A stretch of 39,636 bases of DNA, taken from positions 1-39,636 of the forward strand of contig MHDO01000152.1 in the NCBI GenBank assembly GCA_001805005.1, read 5' to 3'. The position numbers and the translations under genes were made by a program. Shown one piece after another: positions 25,272-35,403 of the stretch (positions are counted from its first letter, which is position 1; the number at the start of each line of letters is the position of its first letter). Source of the DNA: Nitrospinae bacterium RIFCSPLOWO2_12_39_16. GTDB taxonomy: Bacteria > Nitrospinota > Nitrospinia > UBA9942. The notes below the pieces were generated by a model, which was not told where the DNA came from, did not search any database, and saw only the letters and a program-made list of their open reading frames with translations.

Positions 25272-26815
25272 AATAAAACCTCACTATCGTTATATTCGGC
25301 ATCTTCCTCAACTATATTTAATGAATTCTCAAGGGGTAATACTATTACAAACTTACTACCTTTGTCAACAACACTTTCTACCTTAATTGTCCCCTTATGT
25401 TTTTCCACTATCCTTAAGCTGATTGGCAGTCCCAACCCGCTGCCATCCTTCTTTGTCGTAAAAAACGGGGTAAATATATTCTTTATAATTTCAGGAGAAA
25501 TACCGCATCCTGTATCAGAAATCTCTATCTGAATGTATTCGCAGCCATTGGGTTTATCTGTTGATGTTGTAATTGTCAGCTTGCCATTTTCCTTCATAGA
25601 TTCAACAGCATTGAGGCAGACATTGAGTAATACCTGCTGCATCTTCTCTCCATCAATCAAGATATTTGGAATATTACTAAGGCTTGTGTCAATAGATATT
25701 TTACCCTTTCTGCACTTGAATTCAAGCAGATTAATTGTATCTGTTATCAGTTTATTCAAATCGTGCATCTTTGGATTTACAACAATAGGCTTTGAGAACA
25801 TGAGAAGGTCTTTTAGCATTGAATCCAACCTCTGAACCTCCTTAACTATCATATTAATAATCTCCTTTTTGGGGTCATCTGACGGAAGATCTTCATCAAT
25901 CAGTTGAACTGCACCACTGATTCCAGTAATAGGGTTTTTTATCTCATGTGCCAAAACAGCCGATATCCTGCCGAGAGATGCGAGGTGGCTCTCCTGTTTC
26001 AGCCTGTCAAGCATTATATTAAAATGCCTTGCCATATATCCAATCTCATCATTTGACTTCAAACCAATCCTCTGGTTTTTATTGCCATGTTCAATCTCCT
26101 TTATTGTCTTAATAACTGCATTCAGCGGCTTAGAAACCAGATTATAAACAATCCAGCTTATTACAATTACCAAAATGATTACAGTAGCTACAGATATCCA
26201 TAACATGATAATAAGGTGGTTATTTAGATGCTCAGCAAATTTTTCGTCGGATAAGGAAATTTTTAAAATACCACGAATCTTTTCTTTATCGCCATGACAT
26301 TTATGACATGCAGGCTTATTTAAAACTGGCAGATAATAATCATAGAAAACCTTTCCGTTTTTATCATAGCCATAGAACTCTTTCTCCTTCCCTTCTCTCA
26401 AGACATCTTTTATCTTCTCATCGCTGACCACATCTGCCTTTCCCTCTTCTAAATTCATATACTCCTCTATGACATCATGGGAAAATTGGTAAATCTCCTT
26501 TACCTTATAAAATGTCTCAAAATCCTTAAATGCCTCTTTTCCGTTTGTTCTGATTACCTGTAAATTTTTTATCCCTGGAATTTTTTTAAATTTATGGATT
26601 AGATCTCGGACAATAAAAGGCCTTTTTCCCTCCATTTCTTTTTCTATCATTGTAGAAATAGAATTTGCATATACCTTCGTCTTGGTAAGCCAGTCGTCAT
26701 GGAATATGTCCCTCTCCATTCTTTCTACGGTATATATCATGATGGAAAAAATTATGACAATAGCTATAATGATTGGCAATATTATTTTTACCTGCAGTCT
26801 GTTAAAAAAAATCAT
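25268..26815 (-). CDS. Sensor histidine kinase with periplasmic heme-c (CxxCH) domain and HAMP
   Basis: Two TM helices flank a domain with CHKCH; HAMP (DEIG.MA..FN.M); LAHEIKNP H-box; N, DTGCG, F and GSGLGL boxes. Confidence 0.93.
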   Translation of the reverse strand: MIFFNRLQVKIILPIIIAIVIIFSIMIYTVERMERDIFHDDWLTKTKVYANSISTMIEKEMEGKRPFIVRDLIHKFKKIPGIKNLQVIRTNGKEAFKDFETFYKVKEIYQFSHDVIEEYMNLEEGKADVVSDEKIKDVLREGKEKEFYGYDKNGKVFYDYYLPVLNKPACHKCHGDKEKIRGILKISLSDEKFAEHLNNHLIIMLWISVATVIILVIVISWIVYNLVSKPLNAVIKTIKEIEHGNKNQRIGLKSNDEIGYMARHFNIMLDRLKQESHLASLGRISAVLAHEIKNPITGISGAVQLIDEDLPSDDPKKEIINMIVKEVQRLDSMLKDLLMFSKPIVVNPKMHDLNKLITDTINLLEFKCRKGKISIDTSLSNIPNILIDGEKMQQVLLNVCLNAVESMKENGKLTITTSTDKPNGCEYIQIEISDTGCGISPEIIKNIFTPFFTTKKDGSGLGLPISLRIVEKHKGTIKVESVVDKGSKFVIVLPLENSLNIVEEDAEYNDSEVLL

Positions 26816-27082
26816 AATTTGCCTTGCCTCGTTAGAAAATCACGCCTACTCCGTTAGACAAATTATAGAAAAAACTTTCTAACGGGATTTGCTTTGGCAT
26901 GATATTTGGATATATAACTTTAATTAAGCAATTATAATCTCCATTTATTTTAAAAGCAACAGCAAATAAACAACATTTACATCCCTGCCTGTCCTGTTTG
27001 CCAGCAGGTAGGTCTAATATATTATTACAATCTGTGTCTTTTAATACACATTAATGTTGCATATAGCACAAATTTTTTAAAT

Positions 27083-28243
27083 ATGGAAAAAAGAACCGTT
27101 TTTATTATAGATGATGAGGAGATTATAAGAAAGACCCTCTCTATCCATCTGACAAAGGGAAATTATTCGGTCATTCAGTCAGCTGGCGGCTCTGGGATAT
27201 TTGAGGAGCTAAAAAATAACAATTATGAGCTTGTTATCAGTGATATCAGAATGCCTGAGGTTAATGGGCTGCAGATATTAGAATATGTCAAGAAGAATTA
27301 TGCTAATATCCCTGTCCTAATCCTCACAGGTTTGATGGATTTCAATATTACCATTGAAGCCATGAAAATGGGTGCCTTTGATTTCCTTATAAAACCAATT
27401 ACGAAAGAGCACCTCTTAAATACTGTCCAGAACGCACTTCATAATAGAGACCTCCTTATTCAGAATAAAAAATTAGAAAAAGAAAATCTTGAATATCGCA
27501 CCATTCTGGAAAATAAGGTAGAAGAGAGAACAGAGCAGCTCAACAAAAAGACTGTTGAACTTGAAAATGCTTATGAAACACTGCAAAAAATGAATTTTCA
27601 GATGGTAAAGGTGCTTGCTGAGGCAATTGAAGCAAAAGATAAGTATACGAGGGGGCATTGTGACAGAATGCGTTTCATCTGCCTTAAGATTGGTGAATTA
27701 CTTGGTATTTCAGGAGGGGAAAGGACTGACCTTGAATTTGCCGCCATCCTGCACGACCTTGGTAAAATTGGAATTGCCGATTCAATCTTAAACAAGATAG
27801 ACACCCTTAATGAAAATGAGTTTGATATGATAAAAGAACACTCTTTAATTGGCGAGAAGATTATCTCGGAGATAAGCACATTTAAAAATGTAAGCATGAT
27901 TATAAAACATCACCATGAAAATTATGATGGAAGCGGATATCCGGGAGGACTCAAAGGCAGCCAGATCCCCCTCCTCTCACGAATTATTGCAGTAGCGGAT
28001 GTATTTGATGCGCTGACAAGTAAACGCCCATATCGTGAATCCCTCTCCATAGAGAGTGCCATTTCTGAGATAAAAAATATATCTGGGACAAAATTGGACC
28101 CGTCTATTGTCCAGCTTCTAATCAACAACAAAGAGTACACAAAACTAAAACCTAATCAGCCACAGAAACACAGTGACACAGAGGAAAAAAATAAATTATT
28201 AAAAAAATCTCTGTGTCTCCATGCCTATGGCAATTCTCTGTAA
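27083..28243 (+). CDS. REC + HD-GYP cyclic di-GMP phosphodiesterase (RpfG-like)
   Basis: IIDDE/SDIRMP REC; YTRGHCDR, LHDLGKIG, HHENYDGSGYPGGL, VADVFDALTSKRPY. Confidence 0.94.
   Translation: MEKRTVFIIDDEEIIRKTLSIHLTKGNYSVIQSAGGSGIFEELKNNNYELVISDIRMPEVNGLQILEYVKKNYANIPVLILTGLMDFNITIEAMKMGAFDFLIKPITKEHLLNTVQNALHNRDLLIQNKKLEKENLEYRTILENKVEERTEQLNKKTVELENAYETLQKMNFQMVKVLAEAIEAKDKYTRGHCDRMRFICLKIGELLGISGGERTDLEFAAILHDLGKIGIADSILNKIDTLNENEFDMIKEHSLIGEKIISEISTFKNVSMIIKHHHENYDGSGYPGGLKGSQIPLLSRIIAVADVFDALTSKRPYRESLSIESAISEIKNISGTKLDPSIVQLLINNKEYTKLKPNQPQKHSDTEEKNKLLKKSLCLHAYGNSL
28159..28231. repeat. Octamer-period palindrome (GCCACAGA..CACAG..CACAGAG / CTCTGTG..TGGC)
   Basis: Inverted arms around an AT-rich loop; near copy at 39276-39347. 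Confidence 0.82.
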
Positions 28244-28258
28244 TTTCTTATTGCTTGT

Positions 28259-30685
28259 ATGGATCAGGAAAAAACAAACCTCATTTTTACCATCCGCAAT
28301 AAACTTATCATTATCTTCCTTCTTGCTTCAATACTGCCATTTATTATATTAGGTTATACAACCTATAAAAAAGGTGAATCTATCTTAAGGGAAAAAATAT
28401 TCAATCAATTGAGCAGTATTGCCGATAGCAAAGAAAAAAAGATCAGGACATGGTTTATAGAGAGGTTTAATGATACAGAGATGATTGCCCATAATAGATT
28501 TATGGAAATAAGTCTATCAAAACTTCTATTGATTAAAAAAGATTATGAGCATAGAGGGTTTCCACCAGAAATCTATTATGGGCGACTATCTAAATATACA
28601 GAGAGTGAGGAATACAGCAACATCGTCTCTTTCTTGAATATGACAATGAGTCAATTTGGTGTTTTTTCTGAGATATTCATTTTAGATACCACAGGACATG
28701 TAGTCCTCTCTACAGATGTCAAAAGACTTAATGAGGATGAATCAAGTAATGATTACTTTAAAATACCAATTTTACAAAAAGAGGTTTATATAAAGGATGT
28801 CTATTATTCTGATAGATTAAAACAGCCTATTATTACATTTTCAGATGTCATATACGATTACGGCGGAGAAGAACATGGTGTTGTCAACGGCGTCGTGGTT
28901 GCAAAAGTAAAGGTAAATGAGATATTGGAGCCATTGGTTGAAGATGCATCAGGAATGGGCGAAACAGGAGAAGAGATTCTTGTCAACAAGGATAATATTT
29001 CATTATTGAATCTCAAAGATTTTAAAGATAGTGCATTAAAATATAAACTGCCGGAAGAAACACCATCAACACTGGCTATTGCAGGAAAGAATGGTATCAC
29101 TGAAGGGATAGACTATAGGAAAAGGCATGTCCTCGCAGCATATAGGTATATACCCGACCTGGACTGGGGATTGGTAGTCAAGATGGATATTGATGAGGCT
29201 TATGCACCAATTAATAAACTATTTAAGATAATTATTATATTCACAGCAATAGGTATCAGTTTTATCCTGTTCTTCATCTCACAGGTATCAAGGCGTGTAA
29301 CAGCCCCCCTAATTGAAATGAAGTCAATTGCCAGAGAGATTTCACACGGCAATTATCAAAAGGGTAATGATTATAAACTTAAGAGGACAGACGAGATTGG
29401 AGGCCTTGCCCATTCAATCAGGGAGATGTCTATAAACCTGAATAAAAAACAGTCTGAGGTAGAAAACTACAAACAGAAATTGGAATCAAGGCTAAATGAA
29501 ATATCTGAAAAGAATCTTAACCTTGAAAAGACATACCAAGAGCTTTATAAGACAAAAAACTATCTTGAAAAGATTATTGACCATTCAAAGGATATAATCA
29601 TAACAACTGATATTAATGGAAATATTGTGGAATTTAACCCTGAGGCAGAGGAAAAGCTCGGATTCAGAAAAGATATGATAATAGGCAAGCCTGCTTCAAT
29701 CCTTTACGAAAACCCAGATGAGAGAAAACAGATAATGGAGTTCGTCAATAAATTTGGTGCGGTCAGAAACAAAGAAGTCCGTCTGCTGTCAAAAACCGGA
29801 GATGTTCATCATGTAAGCCTTACCATATCACAACTAAAAAACGACTCCGGAGAGATTGACGGAACTATCGGAATATCTAAGGATATCTCGGAAGAAAGAA
29901 TGCTTCAATATAAATTAATACAATCTGAAAAGATGGCTGGCATCGGGACACTCGCCTCTGGAATTGCCCATGAGATAAACAATCCCCTTGCAGGCATTCT
30001 TGGCATGGCAGAGGCTATTCTTGATGAAAATGACCACATCAGGATAAACTCATACGCAAAGGATATAGTCCATTATACCCTTGAAGCTACAGCCATCGTA
30101 AAAGAATTATTAACATATTCCCGACAGACACAAAATGAATCCATATCAACAATTGATATGGCAGTCATTCTTGAAAATTCCGTAAAGATGGCAAAACATT
30201 CAGCCGACTTCTCTTTAATCACCATCATCGCGGACATGAAGAGGGGGTGCTGGATAAATGCAAACGCAGGTGAAATGCAGCAGGTCTTTATAAATCTTAT
30301 AATAAATGCAACACATGCAATGGAAGAAAAAGGGGGCAAGCTGATATTAAGCTGCTATAAGACAAATGATTCTATCAATGCAGTTGTTACTGACACAGGG
30401 ATAGGGATTAAAAAAGAACATCTCAAACAGATTTATAATCCATTTTTCACTACAAAACCAGTGGGCAAGGGGACCGGCTTGGGGCTGTATGTGGTATATA
30501 AGATTGTTACAAAATACCATGGGCATATTGATTTGATTTCAGAGGAGGGAAAAGGGACATCTTTCGTTATAACACTCCCGATTGCCGAAGGCATAGCCGC
30601 CATTCAAGAAAACGGCTCTGAGGGCAAAGATGTAGCATATATGGTTGACGATGCTGATAATTCACAGATAAATCTATTTACTTAA
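28259..30685 (+). CDS. Sensor histidine kinase (Cache-HAMP-PAS-HisKA-HATPase)
   Basis: Two TMs, Cache-like periplasmic region (GIDYR...AAY..I..LDWGLVV), HAMP DEIGGLA, PAS IITTDINGNI, IAHEINNP, GKGTGLGL. Confidence 0.92.
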   Translation: MDQEKTNLIFTIRNKLIIIFLLASILPFIILGYTTYKKGESILREKIFNQLSSIADSKEKKIRTWFIERFNDTEMIAHNRFMEISLSKLLLIKKDYEHRGFPPEIYYGRLSKYTESEEYSNIVSFLNMTMSQFGVFSEIFILDTTGHVVLSTDVKRLNEDESSNDYFKIPILQKEVYIKDVYYSDRLKQPIITFSDVIYDYGGEEHGVVNGVVVAKVKVNEILEPLVEDASGMGETGEEILVNKDNISLLNLKDFKDSALKYKLPEETPSTLAIAGKNGITEGIDYRKRHVLAAYRYIPDLDWGLVVKMDIDEAYAPINKLFKIIIIFTAIGISFILFFISQVSRRVTAPLIEMKSIAREISHGNYQKGNDYKLKRTDEIGGLAHSIREMSINLNKKQSEVENYKQKLESRLNEISEKNLNLEKTYQELYKTKNYLEKIIDHSKDIIITTDINGNIVEFNPEAEEKLGFRKDMIIGKPASILYENPDERKQIMEFVNKFGAVRNKEVRLLSKTGDVHHVSLTISQLKNDSGEIDGTIGISKDISEERMLQYKLIQSEKMAGIGTLASGIAHEINNPLAGILGMAEAILDENDHIRINSYAKDIVHYTLEATAIVKELLTYSRQTQNESISTIDMAVILENSVKMAKHSADFSLITIIADMKRGCWINANAGEMQQVFINLIINATHAMEEKGGKLILSCYKTNDSINAVVTDTGIGIKKEHLKQIYNPFFTTKPVGKGTGLGLYVVYKIVTKYHGHIDLISEEGKGTSFVITLPIAEGIAAIQENGSEGKDVAYMVDDADNSQINLFT

Positions 30686-30700
30686 GGAAATTATAAAATT

Positions 30701-30797
30701 AACCACAGGTTTTTTAAACCGTTTAAGCCGTTTAAACCGTTTAAACTGTTTGAACCGTTTTTAATGAATCTGTGTTAATCTGTGTCCATCTGTGGTT
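30701..30797. repeat. Nested 9-nt repeats: 5 x AACCGTTTA inside an AACCACAG...(ATCTGTG)3..GTT element
   Basis: Read directly in the gap between the kinase and cheR. Confidence 0.8.
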
Positions 30798-30834
30798 TCA
30801 TTAGGTTTTGTTCTTGACTTTTTACGAGATAGTT

Positions 30835-32370
30835 ATGATTGTGAAAGAAAATAGAGATATAACCAATAAAGAAAACCTGCTTATTGTAAGAGACCTGATA
30901 CAGAAGAGGTCAGGAATATTCTTTCCTGAATCAAAAATCCTTACATTAGAAAAATCTATTTACTCAAATTATCTTGAGTCAATGGCAAATAACTTTAATG
31001 AATATATATTGTGCCTTTCTTCAAAGAACGGAGACAGTTATTTTAGAAAATTGATTTCCTTCCTGACAACAAATGAGACCTACTTCTTCAGGGGAAAGGC
31101 GGATTTTGATATATTGAAGAATATCATCTTTCCCGAGTTAATTAAAAGAAAATCATCCAATCATAGAACTATCTCTATCTGGAGTGCGGCTTGTTCAACA
31201 GGCGAAGAGCCCTATTCGCTGGCAATTATACTGAAAGAACTTATTCCAAAAATAGAAACATGGAAGATTAACATCATTGCTTCAGATATTGATGAGACGG
31301 CAATCAGCACCGCAAGGAAAGGGGAATACAGTCAATGGTCTTTCCGCGGGGTTGATACTGCTACTATGAATAAATATTTTTATAAAAAAGGTGATACATA
31401 TAAAATAAAGGAAGATTATAAGACACTTATTCATTTTATAAATCATAATCTCATCTCAGACCCTCCCCCTGCAAATGAAAATGATAATCTTGCCTCCGCA
31501 GACAGTAAGCATGAATTTGATATTATTATCTGCAGAAATGTCACCATCTATTTTAAAAAAGAAACAACCATGAATCTCGCTTTGAAGTTCTATAATTCCC
31601 TTAATGAGGGTGGCTACCTTGTTGTAGGACATACCGAGTATTCAGCAGATAATTACAGTAAATTTATAAGCAGGGTTTTCCCGGTCGGTATCGTTTATCA
31701 AAAAGCAACCAATGGTGCAGCAAAAAATAAGACTACTCCAGAACTGATTAGCATAGAAAAAAAACAGGTTAAGGAAACTGACAAATTGCTGAACATTATT
31801 AAAAAGAGCACCCCATCATTGCCGAAAATATCTGACAATCTCAACTTACATGAGCATAGAAACAATTTAAGTGAAGAGAAAATCATATTCAATGAGGCTA
31901 TAAAGTATTACACCAATAATAATTATGACTTCGCCATTGATAGATTCTTCAAAGTCCTTGACATCAATCCAAAAAATGTGAGAGCATCCTGGATGCTGTG
32001 CCATATATCAGCCAACAGGGGACATTTTGAAGATGCTATCAAATGGGGAACCCGCTGTATTGAGATAGACCCCCTTTTCAAAGAGGCATATTATTCACTC
32101 GCACTGATTAACCTTGAGAGGAAAGAGTATAATGAGGCTGTGGAGAAGCTGAAAAAGGTAATCTATATTGATCCGAATTTCACTCTCGGTTATTTTACAC
32201 TTGGAAATATCTACACATTAATGTATCTACATTCCCAGGCAACAGATTGTTTTAAGATAGCAATCGATATTTTGTCAGTAAAGCCGTCTGACGAAATCGT
32301 TTTTCAGGCTGAACATCTGACGGTTAAAGAACTCTTAAACCTTATTGAATTGAAGTTCCGTGCATCATGA
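30835..32370 (+). CDS. cheR: CheR methyltransferase with C-terminal TPRs (WspC/FrzF-like)
   Basis: TTNETYFFR, IWSAACSTGEEPYS, IICRNVTIYF, GGYLVVGHTE, TPR helices. ATG at 30835 preferred over TTG at 30808. Confidence 0.93.
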   Translation: MIVKENRDITNKENLLIVRDLIQKRSGIFFPESKILTLEKSIYSNYLESMANNFNEYILCLSSKNGDSYFRKLISFLTTNETYFFRGKADFDILKNIIFPELIKRKSSNHRTISIWSAACSTGEEPYSLAIILKELIPKIETWKINIIASDIDETAISTARKGEYSQWSFRGVDTATMNKYFYKKGDTYKIKEDYKTLIHFINHNLISDPPPANENDNLASADSKHEFDIIICRNVTIYFKKETTMNLALKFYNSLNEGGYLVVGHTEYSADNYSKFISRVFPVGIVYQKATNGAAKNKTTPELISIEKKQVKETDKLLNIIKKSTPSLPKISDNLNLHEHRNNLSEEKIIFNEAIKYYTNNNYDFAIDRFFKVLDINPKNVRASWMLCHISANRGHFEDAIKWGTRCIEIDPLFKEAYYSLALINLERKEYNEAVEKLKKVIYIDPNFTLGYFTLGNIYTLMYLHSQATDCFKIAIDILSVKPSDEIVFQAEHLTVKELLNLIELKFRAS

Positions 32371-32839
32371 ACAAAGACTTAATTTCCTATACATGAACTT
32401 TGTGATATTTTTTTTAAATAATGTCCGTTATGCAATTGATATATCGGTAGTTGAAGAGGTCATCCCTCTCCCCGCAATTACCCCAATTGCAAGGCTCCCA
32501 TCATTTATCCGTGGAATCATCAATTTAAGAGGAAGTGCTATTCCTGTTATTGACCTGAAAGAGAGGCTCGGGATTGGCTCAAGTACTTATGAGCTGAATA
32601 ATGATATTATTGTTGTCAGGGCACACAATAAAAAGGCAGGCTTTATCGTTGATGATACACTCTCTATAACGGATATCCCTGATAGCTTCTTTGCCCCTCC
32701 TCCTGATATAATCAGTGGAATTGATATCAGATATATATCTTCAACTGCCCAGATTGGTAAGGATTTGATAATCTCTCTAAATCTGGATAACATTTTAACC
32801 CTATCAGAAAAAGAGGAATTTGTAAAACTTGAGGTGTAA
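32360..32839 (+). CDS. cheW: CheW adaptor
   Basis: YAIDISVVEEVI...GIINLRGSAIPVIDL...AGFIVD. Probable start is ATG 32393. Confidence 0.92.
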   Translation: MHHEQRLNFLYMNFVIFFLNNVRYAIDISVVEEVIPLPAITPIARLPSFIRGIINLRGSAIPVIDLKERLGIGSSTYELNNDIIVVRAHNKKAGFIVDDTLSITDIPDSFFAPPPDIISGIDIRYISSTAQIGKDLIISLNLDNILTLSEKEEFVKLEV

Positions 32840-32841
32840 TA

Positions 32842-33015
32842 AACCACTTAACACAGAGAAAATTAAAAATTAAAGATAAAAAGTAAAAAATGCATATTAA
32901 AATGCAAAAATCATTTCTTACGCTTCAATTCACAAACTCATCTTTAATTTTTGATTAGTCATTTTGCATTTTTATTTTTAACTTTTTATTTTTTTAACCT
33001 GTTACCTCTGTGATT
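32842..33015. repeat. Long AT-rich imperfect palindrome nested in CACAGAG...CTCTGTG arms
   Basis: A-rich arm (aaaaattaaagataaaaagtaaaaaatgca...) mirrored by a T-rich arm (...ttttgcattttttattttaactttttatt). Confidence 0.72.
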
Positions 33016-33034
33016 AAAATTTTTATAATTTCAT

Positions 33035-33733
33035 ATGATAAAACACAAGACAAAAGGAAGTGTTGCTATGACAAATACGGATGTCTGGGAAAAAATCAGG
33101 AAAAGGGCTAAGGAGATTCAAAAGAAGTCAGAACTTCTGGAAAAGATATCTGATAGTGAAAAGAAAAAAATTTTCAGGGAACGGGCTGACAGGCTAAGCC
33201 AGATTAAAAAGGAATCTGATGATAGTAAAGATTTAATAAAAATTATCTCTTTTAATATCGGAAAAGAACTGTATGGAATTGATATAAGGTATCTTAACGA
33301 GGTCTATGAACTTGATAAAATCACCCCTATCCCCTGCACACCTCAGACAATATCAGGATTGATAAACTTGAGGGGGAGCATTTTAACTGTTCTAAATCTG
33401 AATTTATTACTCAACCCCTCAGCCGAGACAACTCAAAAAGAGTTATCTGATGAACTATCTTCCTTTCATCCTCCACTTGCAAAGAGGGAAAACAGGGGGA
33501 TACATAAAATCCTTATACTCAGCAGTGGAGAAATAAAGGCAGGCATCAGGGTTGATAGTTTTAACGCTCTATATGAACTCCCAAAAGACAGCATTCAACC
33601 AGTATCATCAATCTTTTTCAAGAAAAATAAGATTATCAAACATGAGTTTTATGTAAACAATACCTCACTCTGGATTATTGATGTAGAAGAGCTATTAAAT
33701 GATGAGAGATTAATTGTTAATGAAGATGTATAA
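33035..33733 (+). CDS. cheW: CheW adaptor with N-terminal helical extension
   Basis: IFRERADRL extension; YGIDI...ITPIPCTP..ISGLINLRGSILTVLNL...GIRVD. Confidence 0.9.
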   Translation: MIKHKTKGSVAMTNTDVWEKIRKRAKEIQKKSELLEKISDSEKKKIFRERADRLSQIKKESDDSKDLIKIISFNIGKELYGIDIRYLNEVYELDKITPIPCTPQTISGLINLRGSILTVLNLNLLLNPSAETTQKELSDELSSFHPPLAKRENRGIHKILILSSGEIKAGIRVDSFNALYELPKDSIQPVSSIFFKKNKIIKHEFYVNNTSLWIIDVEELLNDERLIVNEDV

Positions 33734-33833
33734 ACATAAGAAGCTCAAAGGGTTTGTTTTCAGCTTTCATTTGTTTCTTTCATGTCTTATGTTATAATCG
33801 GTTTCTAAATTTATTAAAGGGAGGAAAAATAGG

Positions 33834-35354
33834 ATGAAAATTTTATTTTTTTTAAATTTCAGCAAATTGCAGAGACAGCTTGTTCTGACCGTAACACTTA
33901 CACTTATTATCGGTTTCTGTATAACAACATTTTTATCTATTAAACATGATATGGCTAATATGGAAGAGGGGGAGCGGATAAAGATCGCCCTGTTTACATC
34001 CACAGTTTCCGATGTAATAAGGGAAGAGATGGTCACTGGCAATGCAGAGCTTGTTACAAACTGGCTAACAAATATCAAAAATTCCGGAAGTTTTAAGGTG
34101 GTTCGCCTTATGCGCACCGATAAGACAGAGGCATTCGCTGACAACCAGACAATAGACAAGGTAAACAATTATCTTAATTCCAAGGCATTTTCTCAAAAAT
34201 TAGCTACAAAACAACAGAATGAAATCTTAATTACAAATAAAGATATGTTTGATAGGGCAGTTCAAGGTGCCGCTGAAGTTGCCTACAATGAAACAATAAA
34301 TGGAGAGCCTGTCCACACCCGTTTGATCCCAATTGTCAGGGATGAGCGATGCGTTACCTGTCATGGATATGAAAATAACCCTGTCCGAGGTATCCTCCAT
34401 GTTTCAGCATCAAGGACTGAACTTTTGAGTAATATAAAGAACGATGCTATTAACGGAATTATAGGTGCTGTAATTATAATTATAGCAATCAGTATTACTA
34501 TGAGTTATCTTATTCAAAAGATAGTCATAAAACCTATAGCAGAGGTTATTTTTAAAATAACATCAGCCGTAACCCAGCAGGAGCAGGTTACTTCACAGCA
34601 AGCATCATCTGTTAACCAGATAACTACAACCGTAGAAGAACTGAATGCGTCATCAAAACAGGTATTTACAAAATCAGAATTCCTTGCACAACAGTCTAAA
34701 GAATCCCTCTCTATTGCACAGGAAGGGCAGAAGGCAGTGGAAAAAAGCATTGCTGAAATGAATTTAATAAAAGATAAGGTGGGGACGATTGCAGAAGAGG
34801 TTCTCACCTTAAGTGAAAAGACAAATCAAATTGGCATGATTATAAATGTAGTTGAAGATATAGCCAATAAGACTGATATGCTTGCATTAAATGCCTCAAT
34901 TGAGGCCGCAAAGGCAGGAGAGCATGGAAAGGGTTTTGCGGTAGTCGCATCTGAAGTGCGTTCCCTTGCAGACCAAAGCAAGAAGGCTACAGAGAAGATT
35001 TCTACCCTTATTCAGGAGATACAGTCATCTGTCAATTCCACAGTCCTTGCAACTGAAGAGGGGGCAAAAAAAGTAGATGCAGGGGTCAGCCATATTTTAA
35101 ATGCAGGCTCAACCATTAATAACTCTATCAATACAATCCAGACAACTTCAGATTCAGCCAACGAAATCAGCATTGCATCAAGACAGGAATCCCTTGCAAA
35201 TGATCAGGTAGCCGAGGCTATGACTCATATCAATAACGGAATGAAAGAGACAAGCAATGCAATAAAAGACCTGCATTTAATTGCACAGGATTTACAAGAA
35301 CTGGTTGATAGACGGAAAATCAGTAGGCCTAAATTAGATCTGAAAAATAAATAA
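33834..35354 (+). CDS. Methyl-accepting chemotaxis protein with periplasmic heme-c motif
   Basis: Two TMs, periplasmic CVTCH, signalling tip [37 protein letters not shown]. Confidence 0.94.
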   Translation: MKILFFLNFSKLQRQLVLTVTLTLIIGFCITTFLSIKHDMANMEEGERIKIALFTSTVSDVIREEMVTGNAELVTNWLTNIKNSGSFKVVRLMRTDKTEAFADNQTIDKVNNYLNSKAFSQKLATKQQNEILITNKDMFDRAVQGAAEVAYNETINGEPVHTRLIPIVRDERCVTCHGYENNPVRGILHVSASRTELLSNIKNDAINGIIGAVIIIIAISITMSYLIQKIVIKPIAEVIFKITSAVTQQEQVTSQQASSVNQITTTVEELNASSKQVFTKSEFLAQQSKESLSIAQEGQKAVEKSIAEMNLIKDKVGTIAEEVLTLSEKTNQIGMIINVVEDIANKTDMLALNASIEAAKAGEHGKGFAVVASEVRSLADQSKKATEKISTLIQEIQSSVNSTVLATEEGAKKVDAGVSHILNAGSTINNSINTIQTTSDSANEISIASRQESLANDQVAEAMTHINNGMKETSNAIKDLHLIAQDLQELVDRRKISRPKLDLKNK

Positions 35355-35403
35355 GGAAGGGTTCAAGTAAATACCCTTGCCGCTGGAACCTTACTTAAAC
35401 AAT

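Noticed and set aside
26895-26910. Plus-strand TGGCATGATATTTGGA as a sigma54 promoter for the HD-GYP gene
   Set aside because: The -12 element is GG rather than GC; possible but not supportable.
30717-30760. AACCGTTTA x5 and other repeats as a CRISPR array
   Set aside because: Tandem 7-9 nt units without unique spacers; no array is visible in the window despite cas3.
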